A program made the position numbers and the translations under genes. A stretch of 64,000 nt of DNA from Bdellovibrionales bacterium (lineage in GTDB: Bacteria; Bdellovibrionota; Bdellovibrionia; Bdellovibrionales; UBA1609): NCBI GenBank assembly GCA_965261545.1, contig CBDHDF010000011.1:416001-480000 (forward strand). Reading direction: 5' to 3'. Below, one piece after another: positions 49,601 to 59,600 of this stretch; position 1 is the first letter of the stretch, and each line of letters begins with the position of its first letter. The notes under the pieces were generated by a model. The model was not told the origin of the DNA, made no database searches, and saw nothing but the letters and a program-made list of their open reading frames with translations.

Positions 49601-50756
49601 GTATCGACGAAGGTAAACCCCCCAAACGGGCAAAAATCTGGTCGAGTCGATGATGAGTTTTGTTCGCCTTAGTGTTCCGCAAGTTCATTATGAAGGACTT
49701 GTCAAACTGTGCTTTGGCGACCGCTCGTGACACGGTGGTTTTACCAAGCCCACTGCCTCCTATTAGTATGCTCACACCAAAATTCTTGAGAGCGTCAGTT
49801 ACTGCAGATTCAACATCACCTCTGGTAATCATCTTCTGTGGAGAAGGAAGTGTGGAGCCATCAATAAAAAGGTTTGTTTCTATTGTAGAAATACTATTGC
49901 TGGGAGTTTGATTTTCAACTAACCTTTTCGTAGAATTTATGAAAAATCGATTCAAAGCCTCCAGATCATTTCGCTTCACTGAAACTCGTGTCGCATTATC
50001 GATTAATTCATAAAGGTCAGCCCGTGTAAGAACACGATCTCTGGGAGTATTAGCAATGCTCTTTTTTAGCACATGGTGAACTAAGCAATCGGAAAGCCGC
50101 CTTGATTCTTTAGATGGTATATCAAATTTGTCGCGACCCACAACAATCAGACGTGCTTCTAGTTCTTGGTGAAGTATTGAGAAATCTGGCTTACCACAAT
50201 CCCAGTGTATTCTCTCAATAAGGTCACGGCGAAGATTTTCATCATTACGATTCTTGGAGAAGGCTCTCACGGATTCTGAGAACTTGTCACTCTCCAATAT
50301 GTTACGCAGAGGTGTAATCTTTGCCTTCCCCGCTGCAACTTTTTTCCAATATTTTAAACCAGCTACCCCTTTTAGGCCAGTAATAGTCTTTTCTGTTCCT
50401 ATCTCTGATGTCGTAAAGAAATGGAGGTTAACTTGAAGGTCAGGATTTTGAGCGACAAGACCAACAAAATTGGCAACCGTATCGCGGATGTTTTTTCTAT
50501 TCAGTGTAACCGATCCAGAGCCTGCTGTGTCTTTAACCTGAACAGCGGAAAGTGCTTGATTTACTAGGACTGCATAGTCTTCAGCAACCTCCAGAAATAT
50601 CTGACCCTTTTCATCAATATCAACCCACGCAAGTGCTGCCGCTAGAATTTGATAGGCATAACCTCGTAAAGAATGGATAGCCTGATGTTTAGCCTCACCC
50701 TTTGGAACGATATCACCACTAATCGTGCCTGCATTAAAAAACTCATCAGCATTCAT
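46653..50756 (-). CDS. Avs/STAND-like defence protein: Cap4/DUF4297-like nuclease, NTPase, TPR-like C-terminus
   Basis: SLRGYAYQ..LEVAED..VQVKDT nuclease motif; GGSGLGKTT, ILEDL, GHPQL; helical repeats. Confidence 0.72.
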   Translation of the reverse strand: MNADEFFNAGTISGDIVPKGEAKHQAIHSLRGYAYQILAAALAWVDIDEKGQIFLEVAEDYAVLVNQALSAVQVKDTAGSGSVTLNRKNIRDTVANFVGLVAQNPDLQVNLHFFTTSEIGTEKTITGLKGVAGLKYWKKVAAGKAKITPLRNILESDKFSESVRAFSKNRNDENLRRDLIERIHWDCGKPDFSILHQELEARLIVVGRDKFDIPSKESRRLSDCLVHHVLKKSIANTPRDRVLTRADLYELIDNATRVSVKRNDLEALNRFFINSTKRLVENQTPSNSISTIETNLFIDGSTLPSPQKMITRGDVESAVTDALKNFGVSILIGGSGLGKTTVSRAVAKAQFDKSFIMNLRNTKANKTHHRLDQIFARLGGLPSSILILEDLNHLDDTNVVLSLMGVIEALRRRNRQVLITCYRKPSLKALNHLNLNKNCVVDCRYFSKKEVHELVRNYRGDHDKWGNLAHVVGNGGHPQLTHAFVVGIAERGWPAKEIENIISRGFSSDDTDAARDTARRSLVSELPEGRRNLLYRLSLIIGYFNRSLALTIGEIPPQVNQTGECMDQLLESWIDAVGRDIFTVSPLASSFGRKMLSSSKQKQIHETIAVQMLKDGKVNVIDLDSIMIHAMAGKSIQSLITIVHSVLQADPIKLEMLAEHCLIFRCRRTDKPIYPENSLVSAMLRLAQFRLETTMGDRKKISDILAAFFNEISNIPENKEKYNVESITIPLVLKTRGIANYFDDWVDLLLRFKNMVETNDDLSQNFMTNTEDTTDVVKSNFFSLLFNTGSADPTSVSRLEHIINKLDKLNESERALLLEPRNEDYSDYFEFINSPWSTEQRRETFNAADATISYQRMAEKTRNWSIRPISLQCSVAQAVMLNEYQNDKEGALVVLEEAVKTQGEDPILSCALAKVYFRNDEHESALKIFRSIVNQIGSNSPVSRAFTLREAAISAAKCNEWSQAEEWFLDAQKAAKLAQADNMRIMAIGLGADSGVAAFETGEIKRALTCMAEAMEALDGIEPKTILQTYCHHVIPHTVLWMKPRIERNNFIHEKPIIMEAGTCSNPNPSPEIGKLPLGHIDCVWYMLAETEVTANLDVGITATLEHRLTKGPIPVLEAGLRTRTMEMDINKLDAIRFAAHLKRYVEATIYHSMLKKTDRSHAILNTSKPKRGQIPTLDKKVPFDPVAEQLAQDTILAYGIRSVLAKQPDAMTKLESALTDQFTKFLPGKLIFDYWNEESESLTQQEKIILDRIKKFFQNEHITPGNFWMTGLRFFEWVNKSIFKSLLIPYLAAWQRSGWERIVDEELFRLSEPQQTVPPIKGILMIPKNDSSFIAKLILATSEAVNCSLESQYQNTLKVMAKEESP

Positions 50757-50771
50757 TCTTAACGAATCTCC

Positions 50772-51104
50772 TCACTTTCGGGTTAGACTAAAGATACTCT
50801 CAATTTCTAATATTTTCTTAAAGAATATCTTTTTTTCTAACTTCTTTTCAATTTGATTTGGGTTAAAAAGAAGATCAACGAATATGATTGGATGAGATTT
50901 TTTCTCAAAGGAATCAATGTCTTTTTCTGGACATAAACCAAATTTAACTAATTTTTTAATGTCTCCCAAATCTCCTTTTTTTCGTGAGGGCTCTAACTGG
51001 AGTTCCCCAAAGAAGGTGGAGGGTTTTTTAAGCGAATTTTGCTTAATTTTGTAGTTGATCTCATGGGGTGGTTGCCCCCTGGTAACGAAAACTATAGGCC
51101 CCAT
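50772..51104 (-). CDS. Hypothetical protein
   Basis: 110-aa ORF between the kinase remnant and the Avs-like gene. Confidence 0.4.
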   Translation of the reverse strand: MGPIVFVTRGQPPHEINYKIKQNSLKKPSTFFGELQLEPSRKKGDLGDIKKLVKFGLCPEKDIDSFEKKSHPIIFVDLLFNPNQIEKKLEKKIFFKKILEIESIFSLTRK

Positions 51105-51116
51105 GCATCATAAACC

Positions 51117-51519
51117 CTAAATCAAAACACAAACCCAAGCTCCAGGGGCATCTTTCTGATTACCAAAAGTCATCTTACCACCCCATGATTCGATGTCCAG
51201 CTTTGCTGTGTAAAGACCTAGGCCGTGGCCACCTTTTTTTCCGTAGGTGAAGCCTTGGGCACCTATGGGGGAGGGCTTGGTCGCTGAAGCCTGGGCCTTC
51301 GTCTGTGATGCATATGGAAATGGAGTTGTCTTGCTTTTTCATATGGATTTTAATCTCGCCTATGTGATTGTTGTGGTCTATCTCACCTATATGGTCTCTG
51401 TGGCCGTGATCTTTGTGGCTGCTATGGTTGTTGTGGCCACTATAACTGCTGTGGCTGTTATGATTTTTGGAGCTTGAGTGGGAGTCCGGATGGGAGGGGC
51501 TCAGGCTCATGGCTTCAAT
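51117..51519 (-). pseudogene. Histidine kinase HATPase remnant, paralog of 60837-61274
   Basis: Nucleotide similarity from IEAMSLSPS to the stop codon; 2-bp deletion near 51270; 5' part missing. Confidence 0.88.
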
Positions 51520-52450
51520 TTTAAAATTTCGTTCTGATAGGTCCCCATTATTACCACTCAGCTGCCAATAACGCATTGGTCAGAAATTATTGATGATGAG
51601 GTACTGGCAGATACTATCATCTTTCGAGTCGCTAAGCAGAGCATCTGTGAATTGGTTGTTGGAGTCAAGCCACGAAGAATTTGCTTCGTGGCTACCTCTT
51701 GAAAGGTCCATCTCCAATAGTGGCAGCAATACGGTTCATGAGTGTTTTTTGGAATAAATCATATTTGCTTTCTTCCCAAATTATATGATTGTACTGACGT
51801 GTATCAAAGTGAATTTTTTCTAATACATCCTTTCGACAAGTAAATATCACGGGCTTATGATGAGGTCGGTCACAGACGGCTGAGTACTGCCAATAGCGTT
51901 GGGTTAAGCAATAGATCAGGACATTGAGATGTAAGTAAAAGGTAACCTACTGCTATTTGGTTGGGTATACAATCCTCCTGGAAGTTTTGGAAATAAGGAT
52001 TTGTAGCAATTATTTCCAAGATTGGACTCCCTTCTTTCAACACATGTGGATTGAGGCTTCTATACCAATTAAAAAATATGTTCATTGCCTTAGTGGTTTC
52101 TTCAAACACTAATTGGTAGGTCCTCATTGTAGTAAGGATACGGATTGCACACTCTTCCCTACTAAATTCACAAGTGTCATTATGGTCCTTATCAGCATGC
52201 TTGGGAATAGGAAGGATAAAAGGTCTTTTTTAGAAATTCGCAAGGCATACCAGTAAAAACTGCAGAGGCCAGCAAAGACTCCAATAGGATTTTTGGACTT
52301 AGTTGGTGGTTTGGAGTGGTGTTGGGCAAAGTTTGAGGAGAAGAATGGGGCCAGAAAAATATGTTGTTTTATGGTGTTGAGACGTACCTCTCCATGGACA
52401 TAGAGGGAGCAGATGATACAGCTCTATGCGTCATTTAGGGTAGTCAGAAG

Positions 52451-53951
52451 TTAAGAAAATGAATCGAAGCTCTCACTTTGTGGTGGGCCTCTAGGAGGCC
52501 ATAGGCTTGGAGGTTGTGAGGTGATGCCGAGATGAGTAAGAATTTTTTCAATGACCTGAGGGTCTTCAATGGAAGAAATGACTTTTATTTTTCCACCACA
52601 CTCATGGCAAGTTTCAATGTCTATATCAAAGACCCTTCTGAGCCTTTGAGCCCAGGTCATTCCTGAAGATTTTTTCTTGTTTGGCCTTGGCTCTGAATCT
52701 TCTAAATCTAAGGTTTCTTCCCTTGAGTTTTCATCGATGGAGGCTTCGATTTGGGGTTGAGGGACGATTGAGGATCGATATTTAAAGTTGGGTGCGAAAA
52801 CTCCGTGGAATCTTGTGAGATTCACTCGTGGTCGAGGGATGAGGGAGGCAAGACGGCTAAGGAAATCAAGGGGGTCCAGAACGATATGAGTGGTTCCATT
52901 GTCATAGGCGGTTTTGAGTTTATAGACGACTTGGCCCCTGGCATTTAATGAAAGCCTTTCTTCACTGAGACTGGGTCTTGAAATATACCGGCATACCCTC
53001 TCTCGCTTTTTTCTCTCATGGGCTCTACATGCGACTCCTCCATGGAGGCTAAAGCTAGAATATTTGGCAAGAAATTCACTGTTAAAATCTTTACCTCTTG
53101 GTGATACAGTGTGAAGAGTCAGTGCTTTTTTCCCTTTGTGGGGACCGAGAGCTATTCTGTAGGTGACTGATGATCCGTGGACTTGGTCCATACTGTCAGA
53201 GGCTTCCATAGCCAGATACTCTTGCCCTGTTTCATCCCTTAAGATGAGTCCCTTTTTTTCTAGGTGCTTGACCACTCTATGAGCTATGCTCACCAAGACG
53301 TGATCCATTTCACTTTGGGTGGGCGAGGTTACGGGATGAAAATGAGGTTTGCCTTCGGGGAATGTGTACACTCCATCCAAATACATCATATGGAAATGAA
53401 TATTGAGGTTGATGCTTCCTCCAAAGCGTTGAATGAAGGTGACAGAGCCTGTCTTGGCTCCTGATTTTTTGGTGAGGCCAGCTTTTGATCAGGTAGGTGG
53501 AAATGGCTCGATGAACGATGGCTAAGACCTCTCCCATGACCTTTGGATTTTTGGCAAAAAGGAATCTTATTTGAAAAGGAAAGCTAAGGACCCATTGTCG
53601 TAGGGGTTTTTGGGGAAAAACTTCATCAACTAAGTGGGCTGCACTTTCAGCCATTCTTCTTGAGCCGCAGCTTGGGCAGAAGCCTCGACGCTTGCAGCTA
53701 AAGGCCACAAGCCTTTCATGGTGGCAAGATTCGCACTGGGTTCTCAAGAAACCATGGGCAAGAATTCCACACTTGAGAAACTCGAATTCTTTTTTAACGA
53801 ACTGGGGAAGACCATTTTCATGCTCATTTTCTATGTGCCGGTAGAAAGTGAGTAGATTTTCTTGAACCAATTTGTAAAGAAGAGTCTTTTCAGGGCGGTG
53901 TCGTTGATATTTGGGAGCGTTGTTAAAGACATGGGGATCAACAAGGGCCAT
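52451..53951 (-). pseudogene. IS91-family (Y2/HUH) transposase, frameshifted near 53485
   Basis: CGILAHGFLR..C..C, SCKRRGFCPSCG, RQWVLSFP; second frame has HFH/LDGVY, CRYISRP, TRFHGVFAPN, WAQRLRRVF. Confidence 0.88.
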
Positions 53952-53966
53952 GGCCTTTGTTGGAAG

Positions 53967-53981
53967 GCAAGTTCAATGCCA
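53967..53981 (-). promoter_or_regulatory. Sigma54 (-24/-12) promoter upstream of the IS91 transposase
   Basis: Minus strand TGGCATTGAACTTGC, near-consensus, 15 bp from the ATG. Confidence 0.6.
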
Positions 53982-54061
53982 ACTGTGGGTGAGTTATCAA
54001 AAAAAACTTCTGGGAGAAGCCTATGAAGCTATGGAAGACACAGTCTGCATATCGGTTGGAT

Positions 54062-54678
54062 TGGTGGACGCTCCCAACCGATATGCAGAATCCGACCTCA
54101 ATTCTGAACTATCAATAGAATCAACCACTTGTATAACTTCTCCCTCCATCTCGGCGACCATGCTCAAGGAAAAATATCTTAAAAATCAGCTCTCCATGAG
54201 GGCCATTTCCAAAGAGCTTGCGTGCTCAAGAACACATATCAGGGACCTACTTGTTAGGTATAATATCCCCCTCAGAAAATCATATGCACACCCCCGTTCC
54301 ATTTATGGCAAGAAGAAAATTGGCGGTAAACTGATTGACCACAAAATTGAGATAAAAACAGCAGCCACCATCAAAAGCATGTATGAAGACGAGGACCTTC
54401 GCCCCACAGCCATTGCAAGACTTCTCAATATCATGAAAGTGCCCACAAGAAAGCAGGGCAAAGGCTGGCACCACGACATGGTCATCACCATCCTCAAGAG
54501 AGAGGGGATTTACAAGCAAACTCGGACGGGAGGACAAACAAGAGGCACATTGAAAACAAAATCAAGAACGAAATCAAAAAACAAAGAGAAAATATCAACA
54601 ACAACTGGCTCCCCCCATAGTCTCGATGGGCATGGGGACCTAACAAAAGGAGAGCAAAATGAATACAGACATCGTTAA
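54062..54678 (+). CDS. HTH plus recombinase-domain protein, copy 2 (start uncertain)
   Basis: Paralog of 41227-41874; the listed upstream extension from 53911 lies in IS91 sequence. Confidence 0.65.
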
Positions 54679-54835
54679 GGTCATTATGACTATTTTATTA
54701 CTCTTGGGCTCAGGCTATGCAGCTCCCACCATTTTTGCAAAAATAGAGCAAATGGCTCTCATTCGAATTGCCAAAGGGCTCTCATCCTCGGAGCGATTCG
54801 CTGAAAAGCTTACTGGGAAGAAACTGAATTTTTAG
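54659..54835 (+). CDS. Small membrane protein, 58 aa, copy 2
   Basis: MNTDIVKVIMTILLLLGSGYAAPTIFAKIEQMALIRIAKGLSSSERFAEKLTGKKLNF. Confidence 0.75.
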   Translation: MNTDIVKVIMTILLLLGSGYAAPTIFAKIEQMALIRIAKGLSSSERFAEKLTGKKLNF

Positions 54836-54943
54836 CTTAGGAGATGGGTGTTAAGGAATTTCTGAACTTTATCTCTGCACCACCTCTTAGGGCTCCTTCC
54901 TTCCATATTAATACAACGACTCATAATTTTTCTTATAGATTGG

Positions 54944-55313
54944 TTAATTTTTCGTCAGCTCTGACTGGATGGAAAGAGCTTGTAATCGCTGATAGGATGG
55001 CTTTCAAGGTGATAAATATAATGCAATACAGCATTTTCTTGGGGGTCATTTTCCCTGTAAGTCCAGCAATTCCCGCCGAAAGATGGTTTTAGCTACTGTA
55101 GCCTGTTTTAACCTATTTGCTAAAAAATGATTTCGTAAAGACTAAAGTCCAGAAATTCCTAAAATAAGCCCCTACCATTCATAGATTTCTCCTCAAAGCA
55201 AAGCCGAAAAATCTCGGCGGGAATTGCTGCTGTAAGTCAGTCCTAATAGCCAATTACAAAATTTACTAGGAGCATTATTTCTTTCCATCCAGTCAGAGCT
55301 CACGAAAAATTAA
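54944..55313. mobile_element. Outer MITE-like element bounded by 34-bp inverted repeats
   Basis: TTAATTTTTCGT(C/G)AGCTCTGACTGGATGGAAAGA at 54944-54977 and inverted at 55280-55313 (one mismatch). Confidence 0.7.
55064..55229. mobile_element. Inner MITE, 166 bp
   Basis: 16-bp TIR CAGCAATTCCCGCCGA; 9-bp duplication CTGTAAGTC at 55055-55063 and 55230-55238. Confidence 0.9.
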
Positions 55314-55377
55314 AGGTAGGGTGAGCCCATTTTGTCAGATCGCCCTAAATGGCCTGGTTTAACCCGCCCATCGGGGC

Positions 55378-56600
55378 ATATTAGACATTGAACTCCCTCA
55401 ACCTAAACCAGTTCGGGCATCCACTATGTGTAGTGCACGGGCTAAAGTAGATGAAAATATATTTAAAGTTTTGCATGATGAAATTCTTAAACAAGACGGT
55501 ATATCCAATTCTAGTACCTTATGGAAGGGCCATAAGGTTTTCGCAGTGGATGGATCGAAAATAAATTTACCACGTCAACTCGTAGATAATGGGTATCAGC
55601 AACCATGGGAAAAAGCATGGTACCCTCAAGGTCTTGTCAGTTGCCTGTACCAACTACAGTCGAAGATTCCTGTGGATTTTGATCTCTTTGCCCATAACAA
55701 TGAGAGAAAGGCTGCACAAACTCATTTCAAAAAATTGTTTGAAAACGATGTTGTGGTTTATGATCGTGGCTATTATTCCTACGAAATGCTTCATGAGCAT
55801 AAGGTGCGAAGTCTGCATGCGGTGTTTAGGATAAGGAGAAATGCCAACACTGTTTTTGATGAATTTATTAATAATGATCAAAAAGACTCAGTGATCCAAG
55901 TCATTCCTAGCAAGCAAATTCTGAAAGAACTACATAAAAAAAAGCCACAAGACGACTTCAAAGCCTACGCTTTGCGTTTGGTCAAATATAAAATTGGACA
56001 AACTACTTTTGTTCTAGGAACAACCTTAATGGATCAAAAAAAATATTCCATTGATGATCTGGCCAATCTCTATCATTGACGCTGGAGTATAGAGGAACTG
56101 TACAAAATATCCAAAGAACTGATGACCATTGAAGAGTTTCATTCTCAAAGTGAAAGGGGAGTCAAACAAGAATTGTTTGCACACTTCACACTTATCACTC
56201 TGACAAGATTATTTTCCAACTACACGGAAGACCGTCTTAATACATCTCAATCCCATAGTAAAAAACAAACCATGCAGACAAACTTTAAAAACAATTTACT
56301 GACAATTGCAAGAAATATTGAAGGTCTTTTTCTTCAACAAAAGGTAGTGCTTAGTAAAACCCTCAATTGCATCATTACAAATATGAAGACCTGCCGACAA
56401 AGGCTACGTCCGAATAGGCATTACGACCGAGTTTCTAGAAAACCCATCGGAGTATGGAGACCCAGTAAAGAGGTTAGGGGGGCTATGGCCAACGGATAAT
56501 CACATGGATCAAAAAAAAAACTTGGGGTTAGCCCACCCCGGAGGAGTTAGAGGTTCAAATCCTTAACCGAATGGGATCTCTCACTAAACGAATGCCATTG
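55378..56600 (+). mobile_element. IS4-family element, left end deleted
   Basis: Right end CTAAACGAATGCCATTG; GCCCATCGGGGC on both flanks (55366-55377 and 56601-56612). Confidence 0.75.
55426..56499 (+). pseudogene. IS4-family transposase, 5'-truncated with an in-frame stop
   Basis: AVDGSKINLP, VYDRGYYS, Y.*RWSIEELYK (TGA at 56077-56079), GVKQELFA; both ORFs are in one frame. Confidence 0.88.
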
Positions 56601-56645
56601 GCCCATCGGGGCGGGTTAAGGTTCATCGAGTTTGAAGAATCTCAG

Positions 56646-59600
56646 TCAAGGAGATTGAGGGTTTGTGGGGTTCGCAGGATTGCTGACATCGATGACGAAG
56701 ACGTCGATATCGGTGCGGCGTGCTTCGGGGAGGCGATCGATCAGCAATTCTTGGAGTCTACCGGGAGTCTTGGGCTGCTCGATGTCATCGGGGTGCCTCT
56801 TCAATTTCTTTTGGGGTAGTACATTTTCTCCAAACCAGAGAACAATATAGACGCCACGGCCTTCTGCACGCCAATCCCGTGTATAGTTTTCGAGTTGGTC
56901 GTTGGCGGCGTTCCATACGTTGGGATGCCACTGCCCCTTGATTTCGGCCGGCAATCCAATGTTATTGCATATCGCAGCGATGTCTACCCGTTTTTGATTG
57001 GGCATATGCATTTCCGGTTCGAATCGGATGGACTCTGGCAATTGCTGCAAAATACATTCGATCATTCTATTGCGGCAGAAGTTTTCGTCCTGCGGTTCGT
57101 CTTTATCTTTCCAGTAAACTTCCCATATATCGGTATTGCTGCCTTGAATTCGTTCTTGGAGTTCTTCCAATCGATCCGCAAAGTAAGATCGCATGTCATC
57201 GATCGTCTCGGGCAAATCGTCCTTCATTACAGCTTGGAGTTCCTTGATCTTGGGCGGAACATAATCGTGGTCTCGCTGGACTCTGTGTTGGAGTGCCAAC
57301 GCATGTTTCAAGCAATTGATGTAGCTTGGAGCGTGGTTATCAATTAACCTTTGTAATGCTTCGGTTGCTTCGGACTGAGGGTGGCCAGCGATGGCGTCGA
57401 TTGCGTCTTGGATGAATTCTGTTGCGTCCCAAGGATTCAGGTTGTCCGGTGTAACTGTAACTGAATTTGACTGGTTGGTTAATGACCACGTTGTACCGAA
57501 GTTCTCGACAATGAAGGCTAATTGGTTTACAGAAAATCTATTGAAGTGGGCATCTCTTCTTTCCGGTGAGACCCGATCACGTATGAACCAAAGAAAGTCT
57601 TGATGGTCTTCTGCCGCTTTTTTAAGTAATGTGCGGTATTTATCGAAGTCAATGTCATAGCCCGCCGACAACCATAGGAGCCTCTCTCTGACTACACCAC
57701 AGCCACTCAATCTAGGGTCGACGGCGCTCGTCGCTAATGGGGAGTTTACCATGATGCGGTCACTTACCAAGTTACGTACTATTTTCAGTTGGGTCTCGTC
57801 GCTCCGGAGGGCACATATAAGTAGGGTCTCCTGGTTGGAGAGGGGCATTGCTTGGTAGCGAGATAGCCAATCGACAGCAAGTCGCCTCGCTAAGTTAGTA
57901 AGGTGAGAGTTATTAGTAAGTCGATATAACTCATTGATATGTTCAGAACCGCATTCAAGTTGAGGTTCAATGCTTGTACAAAAGTGTGTTTCCCAGTCGG
58001 ATTCTTTTTGGAATAGCACCCTTTCAATCTCCTCACTAATATTGTTTCCCATGGTGCTGAAAGTGAACTGTTGCAAAGCCAAAGCCATGTAGGTTGCAAA
58101 AAGCGTGTCTCGATTTACTGCATCAAGTGAATGATTACGGCGAAGCATCTCGGCGACACCGCAGATCATCGGGATTGTGGCATTATCAGACTTGTTATCG
58201 CAGTAAAGTTCAGCAATCTTCGAGGAACTCGGCAGGTCGTCACGTTCAAGCACGCTGATAAAGCCTAACATCACTCGTTCGCCGAGTTCTTCACCGAGAA
58301 AATCATGCATTCGGCTTTCTGGGGATGTGTTAGGGTCAAAAAGTTCATGCCCATTCAAACATGCGTGGTCCAAATAGACGAAGGCCGGTTTAGAAAGAGT
58401 GTAGATATCAACGGTGTCAATATCACTCACCTGCGCTGCAAGATTGTTGCAGTGCTGTTGAAAAACTTGGTCTCGTTTTGCTTTCCTCTCTACTTTTTGC
58501 TCCTTTTGCATGGTTTTCCACTCTGGCTCAGAAACAGGAATATTTATCAATTCATCGAGAATAGTCACTAATTTCTCATTGCCGTTTGCCACCTCTATGG
58601 CAGCTTTGTACACGACAGGCGCAAGGCCATTTTCGGTTTGTCCGAATTGCAAAAGATTGCGCCACATATCCGGGTCAATCGCCCCATTGTCTACACGAGT
58701 TCGCAAGGTTGGTAGAAGATCCGCAATATCTTTGGAATTTGGAAACAAATCCAGACCAGTACTGGGGAGGCGACATACCTTTTTCACAAAATTGTCTGCA
58801 CAGGAAGTCAAACATATATGTTTTTGAAGTGCTTGACGGAGTGCTTTATTGTCGCAGAATATTGAAGCTAACATTTTAACCATGTCACTGCAGTAGTCAA
58901 GGTCTCCGTTCCTCCACACAATCCATGACCATATGCGGCTGGGTTTAATCGTCGAATCAGCTGTGAGAATTTGAGCCATAAGGTAACTCAGAATGTCTAC
59001 GATGAATTGGCGTTTTGATGAATATTTGTTGTCATCGAATAGCGGCTTTGCATGCTTCGCTATGCCGTCAAGCAATGTGGGGAGTTGATTGGTGTTAAAG
59101 TTTTGGAAGACACTGTTAAGTAGGTGCTGAGGTTTGTACGATGCTGATGTGGCATTCGGATTATCCACAAACTTAGCATAATTGATAATAATGTCAATGA
59201 TAATCCTAAGAGACAGTGTGGATGCTTTAATATCAGCGAGGATATCGCCTGCTAACTGTGCAGAATCGGAGTCATTCAGGTTGAGGAGGCTGTTAACTAT
59301 TTCTTCCTGTTTTTTTTGATCAATATTAGTGTGGAGCGCCTTCCAGGCGTACAATCGCGAGTGAAAAGTGCGAGTCTGGTCGAGCATTATATTTTTGAGT
59401 GTCTGCACTAGTTCTTTTTCTTTCGCCAGTTTGGTCCCAGCCATCGCTTCGAGTAGGAGTTCGTTGAACTGCGTGGAGCATTTAGGCGCAATTTCCGAAA
59501 GAATCTCCTCTCGAAGCTCCGACCTCATCAGACCAGAGGCAGAATGCCTACCCCAGCCTTCCAATTTAAAATAGGAGTCTTGCTCGAAAAGTTTTTTGAG

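Larger units (their letters stand above)
52204..54061 (-). mobile_element. IS91/ISCR-family rolling-circle element (ter end approximate)
   Basis: oriIS-like end (minus strand TTTTATCCTTCCTATTCC) abuts the target tetranucleotide CTTG at 52200-52203; transposase inside. Confidence 0.78.
54062..54875 (+). repeat. Direct repeat, copy 2 (paired with 41267-42071)
   Basis: Collinear similarity across both ORFs, with substitutions and an indel region. Confidence 0.95.

Noticed and set aside
51520..52203. Functional gene at 51870-52127
   Set aside because: Frame is cut upstream by the IS91 ori and broken by stops downstream; no recognisable family.
53911..54061. N-terminal extension of the 255-aa ORF
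   Set aside because: It runs antisense through the IS91 transposase start and is absent from the paralog.
56525..56575. tRNA-like T-arm (GAGGTTCAAATCCT)
   Set aside because: No acceptor stem, D-arm or CCA end; it lies inside the IS4 right end.
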